NCBI GenBank assembly: GCA_965116905.1
Contig: OZ220732.1
Coordinates: 832,001 to 896,000, forward strand
Length of the DNA stretch: 64,000 bases
Origin: Longimicrobiales bacterium
Lineage (GTDB): Bacteria > Gemmatimonadota > Gemmatimonadetes > Longimicrobiales > Gaopeijiaceae
Direction: 5' to 3'
The notes beneath the pieces were generated by a model. That model made no database searches and had not been told where the DNA came from. It saw nothing but the letters and a program-made list of their open reading frames with translations. The position numbers and the translations under genes were made by a program. Shown here one piece after another: positions 45,346-56,488 of the stretch; position 1 is the first letter of the stretch; each line of letters starts with the position of its first letter.

Positions 45346-47022
45346 TCAGCGAGAGCGCTTTACCGGACCCGCCGCCTGCATCTTCCTTCTTTCCTTGGCG
45401 ATGAGGATCTGTTGCGGAATCGTCGCGAGGTTGACGGTTACGTAATAGAGGTTGAGCCCGGACGCCCACCGCCAGAAGAGCACGGTCATGAAGACCGGCA
45501 TGATATACATCATCATCTTCATCTGCTGGTTCGCCATTCCCTGCGCCGGACTGGTCTTGTACATGATGAACTGCAGCAGGAACATGCTGGCGCCCAGCGA
45601 GAGCGGCAGAATGTAGAAGGGGTCGGCCGCGGACAGGTCCGGAAGCCACATGAAGGATTCGCCGCGCAGCTCGATCGTGGTCCGGAAGACCAGGAACAGC
45701 GCGATCAGCATGGGCATGGGGATCAGCATCGGCACGCACCCCGCGAACGGGTTGACGCCGTGCTCCTTGTACAGCTTCATCGTCTCCTGCTGCATCCGCT
45801 GCGGATCGTTCGGGTATTTCTTCTTGATCTCCTGTGCCAGCGGCTGCACGCTCATCATGTTGACCTGAGCGAGCATCGCCTTGCGCTGCAGCGGCCACAG
45901 CAGAACGCGCATCAGCACCCCGATCACGATCAGCACCCAGCCGTACCCCAGCAGCAGGTTCTCGTGCAGGACCCGGACGAGCCACAGGATCACCGCCACC
46001 AAGGGCCGGATGATCGGGCGGAAGATGCGCCATCCGTACGGGTTGACTTCCTCGAGATCGTCCCCGATGGCGACCAGGCGCTCGCGCTCGATCGGGCCCA
46101 GATACGCCCGGTACGAATAGCTGCCGTCGTCGCCGACGGGGCTGGCGACCTGCACGCCGGCCCGCCCTTCCTCCGGCAGCGGCTCCGCCCACATGGCCGT
46201 CAGGTAGTCCCCAACGCGGACTCCGTCCCCCGCCAGAATCACCTGCACGAAGTACTTGCTCTTGACCGCCGCCCACAGGAGCGGACCCTCGACCACCTCC
46301 GGCTCGTCCACGCGCGACAGCGGGCGCGATCTTGTGCCGTCCTCGGCGTGGTTCCCGAGGTACGCCATCGCCCTCCAGTCTTCCGTGTCCTGAAGCTCGT
46401 TGATCGCCAGGCCAGGCCCGAGATCCACGAACAGCGCCGATCGGTCCACCGCGGGCAGTTCGCCCTCGACGGCGACCACGTACGAATCCGGGGTGAACGT
46501 GTAGCGGATTTCGCTGAAGAACCGACCCTCGGGGTAGTCGTAGCGGAAGGTCAGGGTCCGCGGTCCGCTCCCCTCGCTGAGCCGAATCCCGTCCGCCGGG
46601 CTGACCGAGTACTGATACCTGGACAGTGCGACCGAGTCCGCACCGCCGCCGTACAGCCACGTCGCACCGAGGACGCCTTCCACGCCCTCGGGCACCAGCT
46701 CCACCGCGCCCTCACGCTGAAACGATTCGTAGCCTGGCAGCCGGACCGAGCGTACCAGGGCGCCGCGGCTCGAAAAAGTGATATGGAACAGGGGCGTTTC
46801 CACGGTAACCAACCGCTCCGGGTCGTCGTCCCGCGGTGCCTCGAAGGGCCGGTCGACGCCACCTTCGTCGCGGACGTCGATCTCTCCGGCCTGCGGCGCC
46901 GCCGGTTCGCCGACGGGCTCCGCGACCGGATCCGGAGCGACCGGTGGAAAGAGAAGGTTCGTGACCACGAAGACGGCGAGCATCAGGAACATCGCCAGCA
47001 GGAACCGCAATCCCGTCTTCAT
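45346..47022 (-). CDS. yidC: membrane protein insertase
   Basis: GYGWVLI, MKLYKEHGVNPFAGC, WLPDLSAADP, SGLNLYY; synteny. Confidence 0.95.
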   Translation of the reverse strand: MKTGLRFLLAMFLMLAVFVVTNLLFPPVAPDPVAEPVGEPAAPQAGEIDVRDEGGVDRPFEAPRDDDPERLVTVETPLFHITFSSRGALVRSVRLPGYESFQREGAVELVPEGVEGVLGATWLYGGGADSVALSRYQYSVSPADGIRLSEGSGPRTLTFRYDYPEGRFFSEIRYTFTPDSYVVAVEGELPAVDRSALFVDLGPGLAINELQDTEDWRAMAYLGNHAEDGTRSRPLSRVDEPEVVEGPLLWAAVKSKYFVQVILAGDGVRVGDYLTAMWAEPLPEEGRAGVQVASPVGDDGSYSYRAYLGPIERERLVAIGDDLEEVNPYGWRIFRPIIRPLVAVILWLVRVLHENLLLGYGWVLIVIGVLMRVLLWPLQRKAMLAQVNMMSVQPLAQEIKKKYPNDPQRMQQETMKLYKEHGVNPFAGCVPMLIPMPMLIALFLVFRTTIELRGESFMWLPDLSAADPFYILPLSLGASMFLLQFIMYKTSPAQGMANQQMKMMMYIMPVFMTVLFWRWASGLNLYYVTVNLATIPQQILIAKERRKMQAAGPVKRSR

Positions 47023-47294
47023 CGCTCTCCCGTCTCCACCCCGGGGACCGGATCAAACCCCTGGCCGCCCCACGGGTGACACCGCGCCAGCCGCCTGACG
47101 CCGAGCCATCCGCCCCGCCAGGGCCCGTATGCCTCGATTGCCATGCGCGCGTACTCCGAACACGTCGGAAGGTAGCGGCACGGAGAGGTCCTGAATGCCG
47201 AGACCGTTCCCTGGTACGCCTGGATCGCCAGGACCATGAAGCGTGCGAGCAGTCGGCTTCCCGCCCCGCTGCGCTGTGTGCGGCCCTCTACCAT
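47019..47294 (-). CDS. yidD: membrane protein insertion efficiency factor
   Basis: CRYLPTCSEY, RLARCHPW, GFDPVP. Confidence 0.93.
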   Translation of the reverse strand: MVEGRTQRSGAGSRLLARFMVLAIQAYQGTVSAFRTSPCRYLPTCSEYARMAIEAYGPWRGGWLGVRRLARCHPWGGQGFDPVPGVETGER

Positions 47295-47653
47295 TCTCTC
47301 TCCACGACGCCCATCAACTCGTCCTCGAGTTGACGATACGTCGCCCGGTAGGCGCTTGTTCTAACCCGCACCAGCACATCCGCGCCGATTCCCCTCGCGC
47401 GCAACGCGCCCAGCACCCGCTTGCGTCCGATCTCACGCAGTCTGCGCTTGAGACGGTTCCGGGCGACGCTGCCGTTTCCCAGCTTGGGGACCACCCATCC
47501 GATCCGTGGCCGCGGCCGTGACGGAAGACGGAGGACATAGACGTCCAGCGTTGGCGTTCTCGTGCGGATCCCCTTTCGCAGTACGGTCCGGATTTCCCCG
47601 CCGTGACGGATCCGGGCCTTCCCGGGGAGCCGCTGGCCCTCCGGCTCCACCAA
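47288..47653 (-). CDS. rnpA: ribonuclease P protein component
   Basis: RIGWVVPK, SVARNRLKRRLRE (RNR motif); synteny. Confidence 0.92.
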   Translation of the reverse strand: MVEPEGQRLPGKARIRHGGEIRTVLRKGIRTRTPTLDVYVLRLPSRPRPRIGWVVPKLGNGSVARNRLKRRLREIGRKRVLGALRARGIGADVLVRVRTSAYRATYRQLEDELMGVVEREW

Positions 47654-47660
47654 CGCACCG

Positions 47661-47819
47661 CTACCTGGGATTCTTGGATCCGATGCGCACCACCAGCGTC
47701 CGTCGGCCCCGCCGGCGGCGGCGATTAAGGGTCGCGCGGCCCGCCTTCGTGCTCATGCGCGCTCGAAAGCCATGCTTGTTCAAGCGCTTGCGGTTGCGGG
47801 GCCTGTAGGTCGGTTTCAT
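47661..47819 (-). CDS. rpmH: 50S ribosomal protein L34
   Basis: Below ORF-track size; manual translation [52 protein letters not shown]. Confidence 0.96.
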   Translation of the reverse strand: MKPTYRPRNRKRLNKHGFRARMSTKAGRATLNRRRRRGRRTLVVRIGSKNPR

Positions 47820-48022
47820 CTGTCAGTTCGGGCTGGCGGTGTCGGCAGTGGCCGCCCTCCGTCCGGCAAGGCGGAGACGCGACCCAACAATGGACTAGCC
47901 CTCAAAGGTATCCGATCCGATCACCCACGGTCAACAGCCGGTCAACAGCGGTCGCAGGCATCGGCCGTCGACGGCGGCCAACAGGCCTCTCCGCCGGGTG
48001 GTGTTGACGGGCGAAAGGCGGT

Positions 48023-48051
48023 TTGACTTCCGATGGGTGCGCCCATATGCT
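48023..48051 (+). promoter_or_regulatory. putative sigma-70 promoter of dnaA (TTGACT-N17-TATGCT)
   Basis: Near-consensus -35/-10 with 17-bp spacer, 28 nt before ATG 48080. Confidence 0.65.
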
Positions 48052-48079
48052 TGGCGCCCCTGTTGAACACCGCGAGGGC

Positions 48080-49492
48080 ATGGAACTAGGCGCAAACGAA
48101 CTCTGGGGTCGCATACTCGGGCAGGCCCGGCATGGGCTGCCCGAGCAGACTTTTCGCACCTGGCTTGCCAGCGCGAAGGCCGTTTCCTGGTCGGACGGGG
48201 TCCTGCACCTCGCGGCGCCGAGCCGCTTCCACGCGGAGTGGCTGGAAGACAAGTACGGGGAGACCGTGCATGAGATCGCCCTTGCGATCGTGGGGGCGCC
48301 GGTCGAGCTCCGCATCTCGTCGCAGTTCGGGGCACCGGAGCGGGCGACGCCGCAGATCTCGGTCGCGCAGGTCGAGGAACCGGATCCGCCGCAACCCTAC
48401 CACGAGTCTCATGCACCCGATGCGAGTCCTTCTCCGGACGCCGCACCGCAACCGGCTGAATCCGTGCCGGGGCTCAACGTCCGGTACACCTTCGACCGCT
48501 TCATCGTCGGCGAGAACAACCGCCTGGCACAGGCGGCGAGCATGGCGGTCGCGGAGCGGCCGGCCAGAAGCTACAACCCGCTCTTCCTGTACGGGGGCAC
48601 CGGCCTCGGCAAGACCCACCTGATGCAGGCCATCGCGAATCGCCTGCTCCAGGAAGCAGGTGGCACGCGCGTCTGCTACATCCCGGCCGAGCAGTTCGTG
48701 AACGAGATGGTCACCGCGATCGGCAGCCACACGACCGATGCGTTCCGGGGGCGCTACCGGTCCTACGACCTGCTTCTCGTGGACGATGTCCAGTTTCTGC
48801 GCGGGAAGGAGCGCACCCAGGAGGAGTTCTTCCACACCTTCAACGTGCTGTACAACGGCGGCCGCCAGATCGTGCTGACCAGCGACCGTCACCCGAGGGA
48901 GCTCGAGGGACTGGAGGACCGGCTTGTCTCCAGGTTCGAATGGGGGCTCGTGGCCGGTGTCCACCGACCCGAGTACGAGACCCGTGTGGCCATCCTGCAG
49001 CGGAAGGCCGACGAGGACGAGGTGCCGATCGGACCGAACGTGCTCGACCTGATCGCGCGGTGCTGCCGATCATCGGTTCGGGAGCTGGAGGGCGCGCTCA
49101 TCAAGCTGCTGGCGGTCGCCTCCCTGACGGGGCGCGAGCCCACTCTCGACCTCGCGCGCATCGCGCTGGCCGGAATGGCGGAGTTGCAGGAGCAGCGGCC
49201 GCTCGACCCCGAAGGCATCCGGGAGAAGGTGGCCGATGTCTGGGGCGTGACCGCCCGGGCGCTTGCCTCCAAGAGCAGAATGCGGAAGCTCGTCGTGCCG
49301 AGGCAGGTCGCGATGTTCCTCATGCGGGAGCTGCTGGATCTTCCGCTGGCCCGGATCGGGGGAGCCTTCGGCGGCCGTGACCATTCCACGGTCATCCATT
49401 CCATCCGTAAGGTCGAGTCGCGCCTCGGGGCTGACAGCGCGTTCCAGGCGAAGGTCGACGAGCTACGGGAAACCCTGGCCAAGTCCGCGTGA
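48080..49492 (+). CDS. dnaA: chromosomal replication initiator DnaA
   Basis: YTFDRF, YNPLFLYGGTGLGKTHL, LLVDDVQF, QEEFFHTFN, RELEGAL, GGRDHSTV. Confidence 0.98.
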   Translation: MELGANELWGRILGQARHGLPEQTFRTWLASAKAVSWSDGVLHLAAPSRFHAEWLEDKYGETVHEIALAIVGAPVELRISSQFGAPERATPQISVAQVEEPDPPQPYHESHAPDASPSPDAAPQPAESVPGLNVRYTFDRFIVGENNRLAQAASMAVAERPARSYNPLFLYGGTGLGKTHLMQAIANRLLQEAGGTRVCYIPAEQFVNEMVTAIGSHTTDAFRGRYRSYDLLLVDDVQFLRGKERTQEEFFHTFNVLYNGGRQIVLTSDRHPRELEGLEDRLVSRFEWGLVAGVHRPEYETRVAILQRKADEDEVPIGPNVLDLIARCCRSSVRELEGALIKLLAVASLTGREPTLDLARIALAGMAELQEQRPLDPEGIREKVADVWGVTARALASKSRMRKLVVPRQVAMFLMRELLDLPLARIGGAFGGRDHSTVIHSIRKVESRLGADSAFQAKVDELRETLAKSA

Positions 49493-49830
49493 GAGGGCGT
49501 CGCGGCTTGAACGGGGGCTCGTATGGCATCGCGGCTGTGGAAAACCCGGTGGGAAACGCCCCCGTTTTCCCCCTTTTTCCACAATCGTCGTGGCCGCGAT
49601 GGGACAACTGCCGCTTTTTCCACTGCTTCCCACGTGGTCCCCTTCTCTGCTCCGATCCCGGCGCCGCAGGCTCCCAGACCCTTCCATCCGGCCATTTCCA
49701 CAGTATCCACCGCCCCTATGATGATGAGTTTATCTATCTTTAATGCCATATTTCACAGGAGAGTCCCGGCCTCGTCCGTGTATTTCCGAGATCGTCCACC
49801 GTTCCTCCTCACGCTTTCCGACAGGCTTCC
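49493..49830. other. oriC (DnaA boxes plus AT-rich unwinding element)
   Basis: TTTTCCACA at 49536-49544 (minus) and 49575-49583; near matches at 49616, 49694, 49703, 49749; AT-rich tract 49716-49753; dnaA-dnaN intergenic position. Confidence 0.85.
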
Positions 49831-50934
49831 ATGAAATTCACGATCACACGGCAGAACCTCCACAAAGGGCTTGCCGCGGTCTCGGCCAGCATTCCTGCCA
49901 AGACGACGCTCCCCGTGCTCTCGAACGTGCTGCTGGAAGCCGGGGACAACGCCGTGTGGCTGAGCGGCACGGACCTGGACGTTTCGATCCGGATGAAGGT
50001 GCCCGCGGAGGTGGAGCAAGGCGGAGCGATCACGGCTCCCGGGCGCAAGCTGCAGGAACTGACGCGGGAACTCCCGGATGAGCCGGTGGACATGCGGGCT
50101 CGTGGTGATCAGCTCGAGATCGCCTGCGGTCACAGCCGTTTCAAGCTCAATGGACTCCCGAGCGAGGAGTTCCCCAATTTGCCCGCGATCGACTTCGAAG
50201 AGGGGTGGACGGTCTCGGAGGAGTCGCTGCGCCTTCTGATCAAGAGGACTTCGTTCGCAGTGTCGACCGAAGAGAGCCGGCCCATCCTGAACGGGGTGCT
50301 GTGGGAGCTCGAGGACACGCAGATGTGCATGGTGGCCACCAATGGACATCGGCTGGCGAAGATGGTCGTCGAATCGGACTCCGCGGCGGCCGGAAGCGCG
50401 GATCTCATCGTGCCGCCGGTTGCGCTTGGGCAGGTGGAACGGCTGTTCGACGAGGACGGCACGCTCAGTGTCGCCAGGGGCGGCAACCACCTTGCCTTCC
50501 GTTCGGACCACAAGGAGGTCTACACGCGCCTGATCGAGGGCAAGTATCCGAACTACGAACAGGTCATCCCCAAGGACAACGACAGAATCGCCACCGTCGA
50601 CCGCCAGGTGCTCGAGGGAGCCCTGCGCCGCATGGCGGTTCTCGCCAGCGATCAGACGCGGCGGGTGAAGCTGTCGTTTCAGTCCGACCGGGTGCACTTC
50701 GACGTAATGACGCCCGATCTGGGCGAGGCGCACGACGAACTGGAGCTGGACTACGAGGGTGACGGGCTGGAAATCGGCTTCAACGCGAACTACCTCCTGG
50801 AGGTGCTGCGGAACATGCCGCCCGGCGAAGTCAGACTCGCCTTCAAGAGTGCGGAGCGCGCGGCCACCGTGACGCCCGTCGACGACGACCTGGACTACCT
50901 GTGTCTGGTCATGCCGTTGCGACTGGTCGACTGA
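49831..50934 (+). CDS. dnaN: DNA polymerase III beta clamp
   Basis: LPVLSNVLL, GTDLD, SRPILNG, VATNGHRLA, RLIEGKYPNY, IGFNANYL, LVMPLR. Confidence 0.97.
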   Translation: MKFTITRQNLHKGLAAVSASIPAKTTLPVLSNVLLEAGDNAVWLSGTDLDVSIRMKVPAEVEQGGAITAPGRKLQELTRELPDEPVDMRARGDQLEIACGHSRFKLNGLPSEEFPNLPAIDFEEGWTVSEESLRLLIKRTSFAVSTEESRPILNGVLWELEDTQMCMVATNGHRLAKMVVESDSAAAGSADLIVPPVALGQVERLFDEDGTLSVARGGNHLAFRSDHKEVYTRLIEGKYPNYEQVIPKDNDRIATVDRQVLEGALRRMAVLASDQTRRVKLSFQSDRVHFDVMTPDLGEAHDELELDYEGDGLEIGFNANYLLEVLRNMPPGEVRLAFKSAERAATVTPVDDDLDYLCLVMPLRLVD

Positions 50935-51017
50935 CCCGCCGCCGTGCACGACGGGTTGCGCTGCGGACCGCGGACAGGATCGCCTGGGGAGCCCGCGCCG
51001 GCCACCCGGGCCTGTCT

Positions 51018-51560
51018 CTAGAGAAGTTCCGTGGCAGCGAACACCGAGCGAAAATCGTAACCGGCGGCCGCCAGGCGCTTGGCGCCGCCCTCCTGGCGGT
51101 CGACCAGGGCAAGCACGCCGAGGATGACGGCTCCGTGGGCCGCCACCACGTCCAGGGCTCTGAGCAGGCTCCCGCCGGTCGTGACCGAATCCTCCACCAC
51201 GACCACGCGTGCCCCGGGGGCAAGGCCACCCTCGATCTGGCGGCCGGCGCCGTGCCCCTTGGGCTCCTTGCGGACGGTGAAGGCATCGAGGACGGAGCCG
51301 GTGCGGGTCGCGTGGTGTGCGATCGCGTAGGCGACGGGGTCGGCGCCCAGGGTCATTCCGCCCACGAACGCGGGCGCCCAGCCGGCCTCCTGAATGGCCT
51401 GAAAGCCAACTTCACCGACGAGGATCTGGCCCTCGCCGGTCATCGTCGTGAGGCGGGCGTCGATGTAGTAGGGCGAACGACGGCCGCTGGCCAGTGTAAA
51501 ATCACCTGTCCTCACACTGCGCTCGCGCAGTAGATTGCGGAGATGGGAGATGGTGGACAT
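51018..51560 (-). CDS. pyrE: orotate phosphoribosyltransferase
   Basis: GDFTLASGRRSPYYID, VRKEPKGHG, VVEDSVTTGGS. Confidence 0.94.
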   Translation of the reverse strand: MSTISHLRNLLRERSVRTGDFTLASGRRSPYYIDARLTTMTGEGQILVGEVGFQAIQEAGWAPAFVGGMTLGADPVAYAIAHHATRTGSVLDAFTVRKEPKGHGAGRQIEGGLAPGARVVVVEDSVTTGGSLLRALDVVAAHGAVILGVLALVDRQEGGAKRLAAAGYDFRSVFAATELL

Positions 51561-51564
51561 GGCG

Positions 51565-52629
51565 ATGAAAAGATATACTGACGGGGTCCGCAAAGGAAGT
51601 CGTCCGAGTTTCCGTGGGTTGTCTGTAACTCTAGGTCTGACCATACTTTGCGTGATGTTGACTGGTTGTGACGGTACCGTCCCGGACAACGGACTCCTCC
51701 GTTTCGGGTCGGAAGGCGAGGTGCGGATCACGGCTGAAGTGCCTCTTCAGGGGGATATCGGCTGGCTTCAGCAAGTGGTGACCTGGAGCTCGGACGGGGC
51801 CTGGAAGCTGTTCGAGGAGATCGGCTACCGCGGTGCGGCCGGAGACGAGAACCTGACCCGCAACCCCGGCTTGCCGGTCCATTACGCCGCACAGTACCCG
51901 AGCCTGATCCAGCTTCTCAACGATGGCGGTGCGAAGGTGTTCGGGGTGGACTCGATCCTCGACCCGGACCTGGATCCTGACTGCGGGGTCGGAAAGACCA
52001 GGGTGACGCTGCAGATCTACGACTCCCGGCGCGAGGAGCGGATGGAATGGACGCGCTGCGCCGGCGACGCCAGCACGCTCCGAAACGTGAAGACGGAAGG
52101 GGCCGGGCCGGACACGGGTGCGAGTCGGGTCATACAGGCGGCGATCAAGATCAGGGACTGGACGGTCGGCCAGGACTTCCTGTCGGTGTATTCCGGGAGT
52201 CTGCCGTACGGGACGCTGGACAAGGGCACCGAAACCGGGTCCGGGATCGACAGCCTGATATGGTTCCGGGCTCCCGACGAGTCCGACGGCGCCCAGACCC
52301 AGGAGCGCTTCCTGGCCTTCTGGGATTCGCACACGGCGGGTTCCGGCCGGGCCGCGCCCGAGATCGACTGGGCCGCCGAAATGGTCCTCGTCGGGGCGGT
52401 GGGGGTGCGCGAGGAGGTGGGGGACTCCGTCGAGGTGCGGCGGCTCCTGCTGATCGGCAACGACGAGCGGGTCACCGGGACCAGAATCGAGGTTGTCGAG
52501 AGGAACCCGGGGGACTTCTGTGCCCCGGCAAGGCGGATCGTGCGGCCGTATCACATCGTGGTCGCACCGAAGACGCCGGAGCCGTTCTATCCCGAGGTCC
52601 GCGCCGAGCGGGTACCCTGTGGCACGTAG
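51565..52629 (+). CDS. lipoprotein with putative PrcB C-terminal-like domain
   Basis: Lipobox LTGC; C-terminal PEIDW..MVLVGAVG..VEV..PG..PYHIV resembles PrcB_C (from memory); start uncertain. Confidence 0.65.
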   Translation: MKRYTDGVRKGSRPSFRGLSVTLGLTILCVMLTGCDGTVPDNGLLRFGSEGEVRITAEVPLQGDIGWLQQVVTWSSDGAWKLFEEIGYRGAAGDENLTRNPGLPVHYAAQYPSLIQLLNDGGAKVFGVDSILDPDLDPDCGVGKTRVTLQIYDSRREERMEWTRCAGDASTLRNVKTEGAGPDTGASRVIQAAIKIRDWTVGQDFLSVYSGSLPYGTLDKGTETGSGIDSLIWFRAPDESDGAQTQERFLAFWDSHTAGSGRAAPEIDWAAEMVLVGAVGVREEVGDSVEVRRLLLIGNDERVTGTRIEVVERNPGDFCAPARRIVRPYHIVVAPKTPEPFYPEVRAERVPCGT

Positions 52630-52644
52630 CCGGAGTTCCGGGCC

Positions 52645-54167
52645 ATGACTCTGCGAAACCGGTTCACCGCCTTCTTCGTGGCGTTCGCGGTGCTGATCAG
52701 CGCCCTGGGCGGGGTGCTGACGTGGAACGCGGCGCACAGGGCACTCGAGGAGCAGCTGGACCGCGAGCTGCTGTCCGCCGGCGAGCTGGCGAAGGAAACG
52801 CTGTTTCGTCAGGACGATGTGCTCCTGCTGCTGGAGGAAGGGCAGGATCCGCCCCCGGGCTGGTTCGACTTCCAGAACGACCTCAGGCGGATGGCGACCT
52901 CCGGTGTGGTAGACCGCGCGGACATCTTCCGCTGGCGTCCCGGCGACCTGGAAGTCAGGGCCCTGGTGACGCCCGACCCGCCCGACTCTATCGCGATCCT
53001 GCAGCGCCTGAGCTGGATCGAACCGTACGTCGTCTCGGGAATGGTGCAGGAGGCGTATGAAACAGGAGCCGCGACGACGACCCGTTTTCAGCTGGAGGGA
53101 CGCGACTACCGGTACGGGATCCTACCCCTGCGGTCGGGTGAGACCTTCCTCATACTGCGGATCCCGGAAGACCACCTTGAACCGCTACGCGCGCTGACGT
53201 GGACGATCGTCGCGCTCTCGCTCGGCGCGGCGGCGCTGGGCGCGCTGATCGGCTGGCGGCTCGCGACCGGCATCGTGTCGCGCCTCGAGGTGCTCAGCAG
53301 GGGCGCACTGCGCATTCAGCGCGGAATGATGGACCGGCCCTTCGACCTCGAGGGAGAAGACGAGGTGGGGCGGCTCGCCCGGGCGATGGAGCGCATGAGG
53401 ACCGGAATTCAGCGCCGGGACGAACAGCTGCGCCTCATGCTGTCGCGCGTCGCGCACGAGATCCGCAACCCCCTGGCGGGGCTCGAACTGTTCGCGGCGG
53501 CCGCACAGGACACCGACGACCGGAAGGAGCGGCGGCGGATTCTCGGGCGGGTGCGGAGGGAAGTCGTGGGGCTCAACAGCATTATCAACGAGTTCCTCGG
53601 TTTCGCCCGTCCAGGACGCACGGAGCTCGAACTGCACGATGTCCGGGATCCCGTTGCCGATGCGGCTTCCCTGGCCGAAGCGGAGGTCCGTGAAAAGGGC
53701 GGCGAACTGCATGTCGACGTTCCCGCCGAGCCCCTTGTAGCCAACGCCGACCCGCGTCAGGTCAAGCGGCTGGTCCTGAACCTGCTCCGCAATGCCGCCC
53801 ACGCCGGGGAGACGGTCTGGGTGGAAGGCGCCATGGTCAACGGCCAGGTGCGGATCGCGGTGCGGGACGACGGTCCGGGCGTCCCGCAGGAGATCCGGGA
53901 TCGCATCTTCGAGCCCTTTGTGGGCGACAAGGCGCAGGGAGCCGGACTCGGACTGGCCATCGTCAAGGAGATGGTGGAAGCGAACCACGGGCGTGTGGAG
54001 CTGGTGGCGCAGGACCACGGGAGCGAACGGGACGGGGCGGACGCGGGAGACGGGGCGGATCGCCGGATTGGGGGCGGTGCCGAGTTCCACGTATACTTCA
54101 GTGGCCCCGAGGACCTCCCGACCGAAGGGGTGCGACGGCACGCGGCGCAGGAGGAGGAAGTGGCGAA

Positions 54168-54171
<4 letters not shown>
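52645..54171 (+). CDS. HAMP-domain sensor histidine kinase
   Basis: Two TM segments, HAMP (DEVGRLARAMERM), AHEIRNPL, NLLRNA, DDGPG, GAGLGL. Confidence 0.93.
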
Positions 54172-55576
<1,405 letters not shown>

Positions 55577-55577
<1 letters not shown>

Positions 55578-56488
55578 TGAGGTCCGCGCGCTGGTCCGTC
55601 CCGCTGCTGATCGGAGTCCTGGCCGCCGCAGGCGCGCCGGTCGCTCTTGGCGCGCAGGGGAACCTGTCCCAGGTCGTCGACGACTGGGAGGGCCGGTACG
55701 AGGTGGCCAGGGACAACTACCAGGCCGCGTACCAGGAGTGGGAGTACTACGAAGGCCGCTGGCAACAGCTCATGGAGGAATACGGCCGGTCGCAGGCCGC
55801 GGAGGACGAGAGGCGCACCACGGAGATCCTCGCACAGCTGCAGGAGCTTTCGCAGGAAAGGGACCGGGCCGAGAGCACACTGCGGATACGCAAGGACGAA
55901 TGGCACGATGCCAGCGAGGGCCTGATCAGCGCGCTTGAAGCGCGGATCGAGCTCCAGGTGCAGCAGATGGAACGTTCCCCCGTGGGGTCCAATCCCGATT
56001 TGCTTGCGGTGTATAATGAATACAGCGCCCGCCTCGCTGAGGTCGAGAGTGAGACGGAAACGGAGTTGGGCCCACGGCGGGAACTGGAGCTGCCGCCGAT
56101 GCCCGACCTGCAGGTCCAGCCGGACGACACCCGGGGAGAGATCAATTTCAAGATCCGCAATCTCCAGAACAGAATCACCGTCCTCGAAGACCTGTCGAGC
56201 GAGCTGGACGCGAAGATCACGCAGCTGGAGAACCGGCAGCGCTGGGAGCGGACGCGCGCCGACTTCGATGCGAGCCTGACAGGATTCGACGACATCGTGG
56301 TGCCGGTAATGCCGCGCTCGGGTGCGACCACCGCGGTCGGCGATACAACCGCCGTGGACCTGGCGCTGCAGCCCCTGGAGACGCGGATAACCAGGCTGAC
56401 CGAGCTCCGGGACGAGGTGCTCGAGCGGATCGGGCAACTGCAGGAGAAGGTCGAGGACTTCCAGCGAGAAGCGGAGCGCAGGCCGTGA
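55577..56488 (+). CDS. secreted coiled-coil protein of unknown function
   Basis: Signal peptide ending ALGA/Q; E/Q/R/L-rich heptads; TGATG overlap with the regulator. Confidence 0.8.

Noticed and set aside
52620..52634. TGGCAC upstream of the histidine kinase
   Set aside because: No TTGC at -12, and it lies within the last codons of the lipoprotein gene.
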